Source: an archaeon (lineage in GTDB: Archaea; Nanobdellota; Nanobdellia; SCGC-AAA011-G17; GW2011-AR17). From it: a stretch of DNA of 64,000 nt. The stretch spans positions 6,463 to 70,462 of the forward strand of contig JBDRRK010000013.1 in the NCBI GenBank assembly GCA_043825775.1, given 5' to 3'. Position 1 is the first letter of the stretch. Each line of letters starts with the position of its first letter. Positions 30,314-42,871 of the stretch are shown here, one piece after another. A model generated the notes under the pieces. That model saw only the letters and a program-made list of their open reading frames with translations. It was not told the origin of the DNA and ran no database searches. The translations under genes were made by a program, and so were the position numbers.

Positions 30314-31120
30314 ATGGTAAAAAAACAGAAAACAATAGGGATATTGGGAGGACTTGGACCTGAAGCTTCTAATTGGTTAGCCCAAGAAATAACTAGAATT
30401 ACTCCTGCAACTAAAGATCAAGATCATTTAAGAGTAATTCATTATAATAATCCAAAGATTCCAGATAGAACAGAAGCAATTGTTAAAGGTGGACAAAGTC
30501 CGGTTTTAAATCTTGTACAAAGTGCTGAAGTTTTAGAACAAGCTGGAGCTGATTTTATTATTATCCCCTGTAACACTTCTCATTATTATCTTAATGATAT
30601 TCAAAAGTATATTGATATTCCTATTATTAATATGATTGAAGAGACTGCAAAATATATTGTAAATAATTATCCAAATGTTAAAGTTGTTGGTTTGTTAGCT
30701 ACTGCTGGAACTGTAGAGTCTGGAGTTTATGATGAAATTTTTACAAAATATAATATTGATATTATAACTCCAACACAAGAAGATCAAGAAGAATTTGTAA
30801 CTGAAGGAATTTATGGAGAAAAAGGTGTTAAAGCAGGGTATATAGAGTATCCTCAATTATTATTTGAACATATGGCAAAAAGTTTAGTTGATGATGGTGC
30901 TCAAGTTGTAATTACTGGTTGTACTGAAATTGGTTTAGCAATGGATCAACAAAAAGTTAATTACAAATTAATTGATCCTGCAAAAATTTTAGCACACGTT
31001 GCTGTAGAAAAAGCAATTAATGAACAGATTAAAAGTGAGATTACTACTTTTGTAGGGGAGTTATTTGTTCAACCTTATTATTTTTTTAGAAGAAAAGCTT
31101 TGGAGATATTTGAAAGATGA
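30314..31120 (+). CDS. PLP-independent aspartate/glutamate racemase
   Basis: GILGGLGP, IPDRT, IPCNTSH and TGCTEI (both catalytic Cys present). Confidence 0.92.
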   Translation: MVKKQKTIGILGGLGPEASNWLAQEITRITPATKDQDHLRVIHYNNPKIPDRTEAIVKGGQSPVLNLVQSAEVLEQAGADFIIIPCNTSHYYLNDIQKYIDIPIINMIEETAKYIVNNYPNVKVVGLLATAGTVESGVYDEIFTKYNIDIITPTQEDQEEFVTEGIYGEKGVKAGYIEYPQLLFEHMAKSLVDDGAQVVITGCTEIGLAMDQQKVNYKLIDPAKILAHVAVEKAINEQIKSEITTFVGELFVQPYYFFRRKALEIFER

Positions 31121-32013
31121 GAATAGCAATTTTACATCAAGATTTAGAATGGGCTGAAGAAGAATTACAAAGACAATTTCAATCAAGAGACGTGCAAACT
31201 AATTTGTATGATGTTAGAAAGACCTTAGTTAGTGATTTAGTTGATTATGATTTAGTATTGAATAGAGTTTATGCATCTGTTGCAAATAGAAATTGGAGAG
31301 ATAATCTTACTACATTAGAATTGTTACAAAGTTTAGAAAACCAAGGTATTCCTTGTTTGAACTCATTACAAACAACTAGAGTAGATTATAGCAAATCTTA
31401 TTCAGCAGAAGTTATGAGAGATGCAGGAATTTTAACACCGAGAACAATGCTTTTAAATGGGGAAGATAAAGAATCTGCTTTAGAATTTGGTTTAAGGTTA
31501 GGTTATCCTTTAATTGTAAAACGAGATATGGGTGGAAGAGGAAAAGATTTAGTTAGGGTAAATAATGAAACAGAATTAAAACAAACTTTAGATCATATGT
31601 TGAGTCCAGAATATAGAGCTCAGTATGATGCAGGTATTGCAATTCAAGAATTTCTTCATAGTGTTGGAAATCATGATTGTAGAATTGCTATTATTAATGG
31701 TAAATTAGCTTTTGCATATACAAGAACTTTAATTCCTGCAGGTTCAACAAATGATAGTTGGTTAGCTTCAGTTTCAAGAGGCTCTGAAATGTTTGATTAT
31801 GATCCAAAACCTGAAGAAGTTGCAGTTGCATTAAAAGCTACCAAATCTATTGGTGCTTTATTCAATGAAGTGGATATGGCTTTTACAGAAGATGGAATTG
31901 CAATTATTGAGAATAATCCTACTCCTAATTATGATGAAACTGAGTTACATAGAACTACTGCTGTTGCTAAATTAATTACTGAAAAATATAGAAAGGGAGA
32001 ACTTAAGATCTAA
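31117..32013 (+). CDS. RimK/LysX-like ATP-grasp ligase
   Basis: LNRV, PLIVKRDMGGRG, QEFL, DCR, ASVSRG, EVD, IENN. Confidence 0.88.
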   Translation: MRIAILHQDLEWAEEELQRQFQSRDVQTNLYDVRKTLVSDLVDYDLVLNRVYASVANRNWRDNLTTLELLQSLENQGIPCLNSLQTTRVDYSKSYSAEVMRDAGILTPRTMLLNGEDKESALEFGLRLGYPLIVKRDMGGRGKDLVRVNNETELKQTLDHMLSPEYRAQYDAGIAIQEFLHSVGNHDCRIAIINGKLAFAYTRTLIPAGSTNDSWLASVSRGSEMFDYDPKPEEVAVALKATKSIGALFNEVDMAFTEDGIAIIENNPTPNYDETELHRTTAVAKLITEKYRKGELKI

Positions 32014-32025
32014 GTTGGGAATAAA

Positions 32026-32949
32026 ATGGATGTATGTGTAAGTATAAATTCAAATGTTGGTGACAGTTTTACTAAAAATAATTATTATTATGGCTCTTCT
32101 TCTCAATTAGCTGATGAATTTCTTAATAGGGGTCACAATCTTACTATTGTTCATCCTCAAGATTTAATAATGCTTCCAGGTGGATTACACACAAAGAAAT
32201 TCTTAAAAAAAGTAGATGGAGAATTAATTGCTACAAGAGGAGGTTATGTAAGACCTGAAGTATTTTTTATTAGATCCCTAGGGGAAAATTCTGAAGATCC
32301 AAGAAAAGCAGCACATAATCTTCTTTCTCGGTTATCATATTTAGAAGAACAAGGAATACTAGTTCTTAATTCCACAGAATCAACTCAATACGAGGATAAA
32401 GTTACTCAAAAAAATATTCAGGCTCCATTTATTCCAAATTTTAGTATTGAGAGTATAGGAGAATTGGAAGCACTTGTCAGAGATGAAAAAGAAGGTATAA
32501 TCGCAAAACCTATTGTTAGTTTTAGAAGAATTGGTGTTGTTTATTTAAGTTCATCTGAAGATGTAAAGGCGTATTTTAAGAGTGATGATAAAGTAAGAGA
32601 TTATGTTTTTGAGAGATTTATTCCTGATCAACTAGAGAGAAGATTTATATTTTTAAATGGTGAAATTATTGCTACTAGAGAAGTAAGGTTAAAAGGCCTT
32701 CCTGGAAAAGAAGTTTCTGATGTAGTTGATTGTTGTATGGATTTAACTTCCAGTGATAAAAAAATAGTTCAAAGTGTTATTGAGCAGACTGGAATGTTTT
32801 ATGGTTGTGTTGATTTTAGAGGAGATTATGTCTTAGAAATTAATGGTTCTGGAACTGGAACATTATGTACTTCTTTTGATGGATTAAGAGAATATGCTTT
32901 AGAGAATCAAATTGTAAAAGCAGTAGAGGAAAAAGTTTATGGAAAATGA
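32026..32949 (+). CDS. Glutathione-synthetase-like ATP-grasp protein
   Basis: FIR, VLN, EDK, IAKP, ERFI, ERR, VDFRGDYVLEIN. Confidence 0.75.
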   Translation: MDVCVSINSNVGDSFTKNNYYYGSSSQLADEFLNRGHNLTIVHPQDLIMLPGGLHTKKFLKKVDGELIATRGGYVRPEVFFIRSLGENSEDPRKAAHNLLSRLSYLEEQGILVLNSTESTQYEDKVTQKNIQAPFIPNFSIESIGELEALVRDEKEGIIAKPIVSFRRIGVVYLSSSEDVKAYFKSDDKVRDYVFERFIPDQLERRFIFLNGEIIATREVRLKGLPGKEVSDVVDCCMDLTSSDKKIVQSVIEQTGMFYGCVDFRGDYVLEINGSGTGTLCTSFDGLREYALENQIVKAVEEKVYGK

Positions 32950-33803
32950 AAACTGCTTTTTTAATTTCACCTTCAGGACATAGTAGTAAAAAAGAACTAA
33001 AAAATTCTTTAATTTTATTAAAAAAATTGGATTGGAAAGTTAAATATTTGCAATCAATTAATGATAAATTCTATTATTATGCTGGAGATTACAAAAGAAG
33101 AGCAAATGAAATAAATACTGCATATAAAGACAAAGAATCAGAGATAATATTTTGTATTAGAGGTGGAATGGGTGCTGTTCATACTCTTGATTTTTTAGAT
33201 TATGAAACAATTAAAAGATCTGGAAAAATCTTAGTGGGTATGAGTGATATTACTATCTTATTAAATACAATATATCAAAAAACAGGTCAAAGATGTCTTC
33301 ATGGTCCAAATTTAAAAAAATCTCTAGGTACATTTAATAAAAAAACAATTAGTTGTTTGTTTGATAATATAAACAAAAGAAATTTTACTGTTAAATATAA
33401 AAATAAAGATATCTTTAAAGAAGGATATGTAAAAGGAGATATTATTGGAGGAAATATTAGTCTTTTAGAAAGATCTTTAGGAACAAAATATGAAATAAAT
33501 ACTGATAATAAAATTTTATTCTTAGAAGAATATGATATGAGAGATAGATTAATTTATGATATTCTCTGGCAATTAAAATTAGCAGGTAAATTTAATAATG
33601 TTAAGGGAATAATTTTAGGATACTTTACAAAATGTGGAAAAGATATAACTCCTTATATTCATGATTTTTTTAAAAACTTCAATTGTCCAATAATCCAAAA
33701 TCAACCAATTGGTCATGAAGAACCCAATCTAACTATTCCTTTGGGAGAAATATGTATTATTGATACAAGTAAAAAAGAATGGAAAATAATATTTAAAAAA
33801 TGA
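32946..33803 (+). CDS. LD-carboxypeptidase (S66, LdcA/MccF family)
   Basis: ISPSG, RGGMG, GMSDIT (Ser), GGN, LFLEE (Glu), GHE (His). Confidence 0.92.
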   Translation: MKTAFLISPSGHSSKKELKNSLILLKKLDWKVKYLQSINDKFYYYAGDYKRRANEINTAYKDKESEIIFCIRGGMGAVHTLDFLDYETIKRSGKILVGMSDITILLNTIYQKTGQRCLHGPNLKKSLGTFNKKTISCLFDNINKRNFTVKYKNKDIFKEGYVKGDIIGGNISLLERSLGTKYEINTDNKILFLEEYDMRDRLIYDILWQLKLAGKFNNVKGIILGYFTKCGKDITPYIHDFFKNFNCPIIQNQPIGHEEPNLTIPLGEICIIDTSKKEWKIIFKK

Positions 33804-34393
33804 AACCCTACAAACAGACAACTGAATACACTACTGCAGCATCTTCCATATTAACAATTCTATCACATTTCAATAAACTAAAACCTACAGAAGAAAATGA
33901 ATTAAAGATTTGGAGGGCAAGTGTTACCTTACCAACAAGGGCTTCTTCAATATATTCTCTAGCACTTATTGCAAAGGAGCTTAACCCTATTATAATTGTA
34001 GAAATAAAAGAATATGATTTTCCAGATTATAGGTTTTATAGATATTCTAAAGAAGATATTGAAATAGCTACAAAGTCCTCAGATATACATTTACAGCAAG
34101 CTATAAATCATAATATAGAAATTAAAGAAGAAGAAATAACAATAAAACAAATTAAACAATTACTAAAAGAAAACATACTTCTCTTAAGATTAAACACAAA
34201 ACCAATTAGAAATTCAAATAGAAATAATTCTAATTTTCTCGTCGTATATGACTTTAATAATAATTATAAAATAATAGATCCTTTACAAGGAGATTTAGAA
34301 GTAACAGAACAAATTTTCAATGAAGCTTTCAAAACTCTTGCAACAAAAAAACATAGAGCTCACAAAATGATTGTTTTTAAAAAGACTCTTTAA
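33800..34393 (+). CDS. Peptidase C39-like (papain-fold) protein lacking the catalytic Cys
   Basis: YKQTTEYTTAAS versus the usual Q-x4-T-C-G; NFLVV...IIDP. Confidence 0.65.
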   Translation: MKPYKQTTEYTTAASSILTILSHFNKLKPTEENELKIWRASVTLPTRASSIYSLALIAKELNPIIIVEIKEYDFPDYRFYRYSKEDIEIATKSSDIHLQQAINHNIEIKEEEITIKQIKQLLKENILLLRLNTKPIRNSNRNNSNFLVVYDFNNNYKIIDPLQGDLEVTEQIFNEAFKTLATKKHRAHKMIVFKKTL

Positions 34394-34436
34394 AAGAAAC
34401 AAATCTTTAAAAAGCACTTTCTTATTAAAAAGACCA

Positions 34437-34532
34437 ATGAAAAAGAAGTTGATTAAGCTTCTACAAAATCCAGAAGCTAAAGAAGAGGTGAACATAGAGG
34501 AATATGAGGACCTGTTGCATGTTGCAATGTAG
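34437..34532 (+). CDS. Unannotated 31-aa ORF upstream of ftsZ
   Basis: MKKKLIKLLQNPEAKEEVNIEEYEDLLHVAM; TTTAAAAA box about 25 nt upstream. Confidence 0.4.
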   Translation: MKKKLIKLLQNPEAKEEVNIEEYEDLLHVAM

Positions 34533-34597
34533 CAAAATCCTTAAATATTAGTATAGAGTAATTATAATTAATTATTCTTATAACCGGAGGGAAAAAA

Positions 34598-35671
34598 ATG
34601 AACGTGTTCGGATCTCTAATTGAAGACGCATTAAAAAATGTAGATACTCAGAAAGAGGAAATTGTTGTTGGTCAAGCTAACATAAAAGTTATTGGTTGTG
34701 GTGGTGGAGGAACTAATGCAACAAATTGGCTTTTCAAAAAAGGTATACAGGGTGCTCAAGTTATTGCACTTAACACTGATAAACAGCATCTAGATTTAGT
34801 TGAAGCTGATAGAAAAATTCTAATTGGAAGAGATTTAACACGTGGATTGGGTTGCGGTGGATTTCCTGAAAAAGGTAGAGAAGCTGCTAGAGAGCAAGTT
34901 GGTGAATTAAAAGAGATGCTTAGAAATACTGATATGGTTTTTGTTACTGCTGGAATGGGTGGTGGAACTGGTACCGGTTCAGCTCCTGTTGTAGCTCAAA
35001 TGGCTAAGGAAACTGGTGCTATTGTTATTGGTGCAGTTACAATGCCTTTTGATATTGAAAGAGCTAGAATTGAAAAGGCTGAATATGGTTTACAACAATT
35101 AAGAGATGTTTGTGATACTGTTATTGTTATTGATAACAACAGACTTGTTCAAATTGCAGGTAATTTGCCAATTCAACAAGCATTTGCAGTAGCTAATGAA
35201 TTGATTTCTACTATGATTAAAGGTATTGTAGAGATTATTGCAGTTCCTTCTCTAGTTAACCTAGACTATGCAGATGTAAAGGCAATTATGGCCAATGGTG
35301 ATGTCTCTGTTATTGGTATTGGTGAATCAGATTCTCAGAATAGGGTTGATGAAGCTGTAAAGAGAGCATTGAGTAATCCTCTTTTAGAAGTTAGTTATGA
35401 GGGTGCTACAGGCGCTTTAATTCATGTTTGTGGAGGAGATGATTTAACTCTTGATGAAGTTAATCAAGTTGGTGATATGATCACAGAAGCTCTTGATGCA
35501 GATGCAAATGTTATCTGGGGGGCTAGGATTGTTGGAAATATGAAAGGCAAGTTGAGAGTTATGACAATCATTACTGGAGTTAGCTCACCTTATATCCTTG
35601 GGAAGGGTAAAAAAAATATTGCTAAAGAACAAGGAAAGATGTCAAGAGATTTTGGCATTGATTTTCTTTAA
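34598..35671 (+). CDS. ftsZ: Cell division protein FtsZ (copy A)
   Basis: GGGTGTG tubulin signature, NLDYAD T7 loop; GGAGG RBS. Confidence 0.97.
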   Translation: MNVFGSLIEDALKNVDTQKEEIVVGQANIKVIGCGGGGTNATNWLFKKGIQGAQVIALNTDKQHLDLVEADRKILIGRDLTRGLGCGGFPEKGREAAREQVGELKEMLRNTDMVFVTAGMGGGTGTGSAPVVAQMAKETGAIVIGAVTMPFDIERARIEKAEYGLQQLRDVCDTVIVIDNNRLVQIAGNLPIQQAFAVANELISTMIKGIVEIIAVPSLVNLDYADVKAIMANGDVSVIGIGESDSQNRVDEAVKRALSNPLLEVSYEGATGALIHVCGGDDLTLDEVNQVGDMITEALDADANVIWGARIVGNMKGKLRVMTIITGVSSPYILGKGKKNIAKEQGKMSRDFGIDFL

Positions 35672-35682
35672 TTATTTTTTCT

Positions 35683-36881
35683 TTAATATTCTATACCTAA
35701 ATTATATAATGAAAGTATTAGAAACATTACTGCACCCATTAAAAAGATTATATTAATTCCCCATAAATCAGCTAATATTCCTGCTGTTAATGGGCCTAGA
35801 CCAAGAGCAAGATGACTAGTTGAATAAAGAATTGAATTCATTTCTGTTATTTTCTTTTTAGGCATTAATTGGGTTATTCGTCCTTGAAATATAGGATAGA
35901 TTAATGAAAAAGGAATTGCAACTAAAACAGTTAATAAAAATAATATATATACTGATTTAATCAAAAACATAGCAACAAAAAGGAAGACTATTATTATTAA
36001 AGCTAGATTTACTGCCCTTTTCTTGTTTTTAATTAAACCATAATAAGGTTCGAATATTGCTGGCAAGAATAATAGGGCATAAATCAATCCTATTAAAAAG
36101 TATCCAGCATGAATCTCTCTAAAAAAAAGAGGAATCATTAATACCAAAAATCCATATGAGAATCTATAAAGAAAAATATTAACATACATTTTCATTAATT
36201 CTTTATTTTTGTAGAAGGTTCTAAATTCATTTCTATATGCTGTTAGTCTTAATGTATTTCTTAAACCAGATTGTAATGACGCTCCTTTTTTCTTATCTGG
36301 TAGAAAATTTAAAACAAATATTGCAATAAATGACGTTATTGTTATAGCATAAAAAATATTGAATCCTATCTTGTAGATTAATAAACCTGAAGCTAAAGCT
36401 CCCAATATGAATGCAGCTATTATCCCTGCATCATACATTCCAAAGGCAAGGGCTTCTTTGTTTTTTGGAGAATGTTTACGTACATATGATTCAAATGCTA
36501 TCCATATTGTAATTGATGCTATTGCATGAAATAGTGAAAAGAGAATAAAATGCCACATTAATGTTGAGTTTAATAGTATTAATGGAATTAGCATCATTAA
36601 TAAAAATCCTACAATCATTATTTTCTTTGGACGAACTTTTTCTAAAAAAACACCCATTGGAAAATCTAATAAAAATGCAAATATATAGAATAAAAACATA
36701 ATAATCCCAAAGTTAGTATAAGAACCTAATTTTTCTTGGATAAATAAAGGAAGAAATGGATTTGTAACACCCCAACCTATAACATATACAAAAGCTAAAA
36801 AAGTGGAGAGTTTAATGCTTCTTGGTAATTGCTTTAATTCTTTTAAAAAACCAATTTCTCCTCTTTTTATGTTATTTACCA

Positions 36882-36882
<1 letters not shown>
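35683..36882 (-). CDS. MFS transporter
   Basis: About 12 hydrophobic helices in a two-repeat pattern. Confidence 0.8.
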
Positions 36883-39741
<2,859 letters not shown>

Positions 39742-39773
39742 AGGTTTTTTGAGAAAATTTCTATTTATAAAGG

Positions 39774-41066
39774 TTACGGGGTCAATCTATCCGGGTCTCT
39801 TGGTAAGAAAACAGCTTCTCGTACATTGTCCAAATTTAGAAATCTTTGGGTTATTCTATCTAATCCAAGGCCACATCCGCCATGAGGAGGAGCTCCAAAG
39901 TGAAATAACATGCTATAATCTTTCATTTCTTCAAGATTTACTCCTTTCTCCTTTGCTTGTTCTAATAATTTTTCGTAATGGTGTTCTCTCATAGACCCTG
40001 TTGCTATTTCCACTCCCTTGAATAACAAATCAAAACTTTTTGTTCCATTACCACTTTTTAAGTGGTAGAAAGGTCTTTTCTTCCAAGGATAATTTGTTAT
40101 GAATACGAAATCAGAGTTATATTTTTCTTTTACTATCTTTCCAAGAATTTCTTCTGCTTCTGGATCTAGTTCATCTGAAATTTCTTTTTTATTTTCTTCT
40201 AATAATTTTTTTATCTCTTCCATTGGTATTCTTGGTATTTTATGTGGAAGTTGTATTTCTATGTTGTATTCCTTTAGAACTTCATTGCAATTTTTATTTA
40301 ATGATTCAACTAATTCTTTTATGTACTGCTCTGTAAAATCCATTAGTTCGTTTTCGTCCTTAACAAATGCCATTTCAAAATCTATTCCTGTGAATTCTGT
40401 TTGATGTCTTGTTGTGTTTGATTTTTCTGCTCTGAATACTGGAGCTATTTCAAAAACTCTTTCAAATCCTGAACAGACTAACATTTGTTTGTAAATTTGA
40501 GGACTTTGTGATAAGTATGCTGTTTTATCAAAGTATTTCAATGAGAACATTTCAGCTCCGGACTCTACTCCTGCTGAAGTTAGTTTTGGAGTTGCAACAT
40601 TCATAAAACCATTTTTTGTAAAAAAGTTTACTGTTGTTTTGTATATTTCATTTCTTACTTTGAATATTTGAGCTATTTTAGGTCTTCTTAAATCTAAAAA
40701 TCTGTAATCTAATCTTGTTGATAGATCTGTGTTAATATCTCCTTTATCAACAACTTGTACTGGAAGTATTTGATTTACTTCACCTAAAACAATTATACCT
40801 GAAACATCCACTTCATAGCCTAGTTTTGCTATTTTGTTTTCAACTACTTTTCCATTGATTTGAACTGCTGTTTCTTGTTTTAATCTTGGGACTAGATTGA
40901 ACATATCTTCTTTATCTTTTGTTACAACACATTGGATTATTCCAGTTCTATCTCTTAATAGTAGAAATTTTACTTTTGCAAGGTCTCTTATTTCATGTAA
41001 CCAGCCATATAACTTTACATCCTTGCCTATTTCTAAGTCCTTGATTAATGTCCTCATAAGTCTCAT
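39774..41066 (-). CDS. aspS: Aspartate--tRNA ligase (archaeal type)
   Basis: LSQSPQIYKQ, FRAEKS...RH, GAPPHGG. Confidence 0.95.
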   Translation of the reverse strand: MRLMRTLIKDLEIGKDVKLYGWLHEIRDLAKVKFLLLRDRTGIIQCVVTKDKEDMFNLVPRLKQETAVQINGKVVENKIAKLGYEVDVSGIIVLGEVNQILPVQVVDKGDINTDLSTRLDYRFLDLRRPKIAQIFKVRNEIYKTTVNFFTKNGFMNVATPKLTSAGVESGAEMFSLKYFDKTAYLSQSPQIYKQMLVCSGFERVFEIAPVFRAEKSNTTRHQTEFTGIDFEMAFVKDENELMDFTEQYIKELVESLNKNCNEVLKEYNIEIQLPHKIPRIPMEEIKKLLEENKKEISDELDPEAEEILGKIVKEKYNSDFVFITNYPWKKRPFYHLKSGNGTKSFDLLFKGVEIATGSMREHHYEKLLEQAKEKGVNLEEMKDYSMLFHFGAPPHGGCGLGLDRITQRFLNLDNVREAVFLPRDPDRLTP

Positions 41067-41137
41067 AGAAATTGTTGGTTTATTTAAATATTTCTAATAT
41101 ATAAAAGTTTAAAAAGTAAATATTATTTCTAAATCTG

Positions 41138-41821
41138 ATGACAAGAAGGTTCAAGACTGATTTGTTGTTGGCTGTGTTCATAGCTGCATTAATATTAGCT
41201 AATATTCTAGGTACAAAGATTACAACTTTGTTTGGAGTTAGGGTTTCTGTTGGTATTTTCTTTGTTCCTTTGTTGTTCTTGATTACTGATGTAATATCAG
41301 AGGTTTATGGTAAGAAAAAGGCTAAACAGTTTGTTATTATTGCTATTGTTGTATTGCTTATGTTGTTTGTAATGACTTACATTTCAATATTACTGCCTGC
41401 TAATACTACCTGGGGCAATCAAGAGGCTTATCAATTAGTATTTGGCAGTTCATTAAGGATGATTATAGCTAGTATGATTGCTTTTGTTTTATCTCAGTTT
41501 CATGATGTATGGAGTTTCCATCTTTTGAAGAAGTTGACTAAGGATAGGTTCTTGTGGTTGAGAAATAATGTGTCAACAATTGTTTCTCAGTTCATTGATA
41601 CAACTGTTTTCATGTTCATTGCTTTCTATGCAATATCCCCAAAGTTTACAGTGCCATTTATCTTCTCGTTGATATTGCCGTACTGGTTGTTTAAGGTAGC
41701 TTTTGCAGCTTTAGATACTCCTCTAGTTTATGCAGGCGTTGCTTGGCTTAAAGGTAAACCTCACCAATCAAGTATATTGAACCAGAAACAAGAATTAAAT
41801 CCTCAGACTGTATTGACTTAG
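41138..41821 (+). CDS. yhhQ: Queuosine-precursor transporter (YhhQ/VUT family)
   Basis: LITDVISEVYG, ASMIAFVLSQFHD, LRNNVST, SQFIDT, DTP. Confidence 0.92.
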   Translation: MTRRFKTDLLLAVFIAALILANILGTKITTLFGVRVSVGIFFVPLLFLITDVISEVYGKKKAKQFVIIAIVVLLMLFVMTYISILLPANTTWGNQEAYQLVFGSSLRMIIASMIAFVLSQFHDVWSFHLLKKLTKDRFLWLRNNVSTIVSQFIDTTVFMFIAFYAISPKFTVPFIFSLILPYWLFKVAFAALDTPLVYAGVAWLKGKPHQSSILNQKQELNPQTVLT

Positions 41822-42848
41822 CATACTCTAAAGCCTCTTTTACATTATCTTTTATTACTGCATTTTCAAAGTATTGCATTAACTTGTTTGGATCTGCTGC
41901 CCTATTTACTTTTGACCTTGTAAGAATAACTATAGGTTTTAATTCCTTCAACTTTTTAGACATTTTAAGAACATCTTTATTATTACATACACCAAAAATT
42001 AGTATTATATTTCTGTTTAATTTCTTAACAGAGTCTACCATTGCATTTATCCCTTGTTCGTTATGTGCGCAATCTACAAGAATATTAGAGTCAATGTATT
42101 CAAATCTCCCTTTCCATTTTGTATTTTTTAATCCTCTTTTTATACTTTCTTCGTCGATATTTAACTCTTTTAACACTGTAAAAGCTAAGGCTGCATTCTC
42201 TTTTTGATAGTCTCCTTTTAATCCTATTTCTAAATCTATCTTTTGTGGTCTTATTCCATCAATAGATTCAACAGCTGTAACAACTTTTACTCCTGGCTTT
42301 ATTATTCCTGCTTTTTCTTTTGTTATTAGTTCTAAAGTGTTTCCTAGCATTTCCATGTGATCAAAACCAATTGATGTGATTACAGAGATAATTGGTTTAC
42401 AGGTGTTGGTTGCATCTAATCTTCCACCTAATCCTACTTCTAGAACTGCATAATCTACTTTTTTTTCATTGAAATACCAATAAGCTAGAACTGTTGCTGC
42501 TTCAAAGAAAGTTAATTGAACTCCTGTTTCTTTTTGTTTTATATCTAATTTTTTTGTTAATCTTTCTAAATCTTCATCTGAGATTTCTTTATTATTTACT
42601 CTAATTCTTTCATTAAATTTTATTAGATGTGGAGAAGAAAAGAATCCTACATTATATCCTGCTTCTATTAAGCTCTGGTTTATGAATGCACAAGTAGAAC
42701 CCTTGCCATTTGTTCCTGCTACATGTATTGCTTTTAATTTATTTTCTGGATTTCCTACTTTGTTTAGAAACTCTTGAATTGCATCTAAATTAAATTCTTT
42801 GTCTGTTCTTTCAAGGCTGTAAATGTATTCAACTGATTTGTTAAACAT
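41748..42848 (-). CDS. folC: Folylpolyglutamate/dihydrofolate synthase
   Basis: HVAGTNGKGST, SPHL, TFFE, EVGLGGRLDATN, DCAHN. Confidence 0.94.
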   Translation of the reverse strand: MFNKSVEYIYSLERTDKEFNLDAIQEFLNKVGNPENKLKAIHVAGTNGKGSTCAFINQSLIEAGYNVGFFSSPHLIKFNERIRVNNKEISDEDLERLTKKLDIKQKETGVQLTFFEAATVLAYWYFNEKKVDYAVLEVGLGGRLDATNTCKPIISVITSIGFDHMEMLGNTLELITKEKAGIIKPGVKVVTAVESIDGIRPQKIDLEIGLKGDYQKENAALAFTVLKELNIDEESIKRGLKNTKWKGRFEYIDSNILVDCAHNEQGINAMVDSVKKLNRNIILIFGVCNNKDVLKMSKKLKELKPIVILTRSKVNRAADPNKLMQYFENAVIKDNVKEALEYAKSIQSEDLILVSGSIYLIGEVYL

Positions 42849-42871
42849 AATAAAAAGTTTTTAGAATTACT

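Noticed and set aside
30314-34393. Bacterial contamination explaining the bacterial-like operons
   Set aside because: Composition, archaeal TATA boxes and tight flanking by archaeal genes match the rest of the window; read-level confirmation is still advisable
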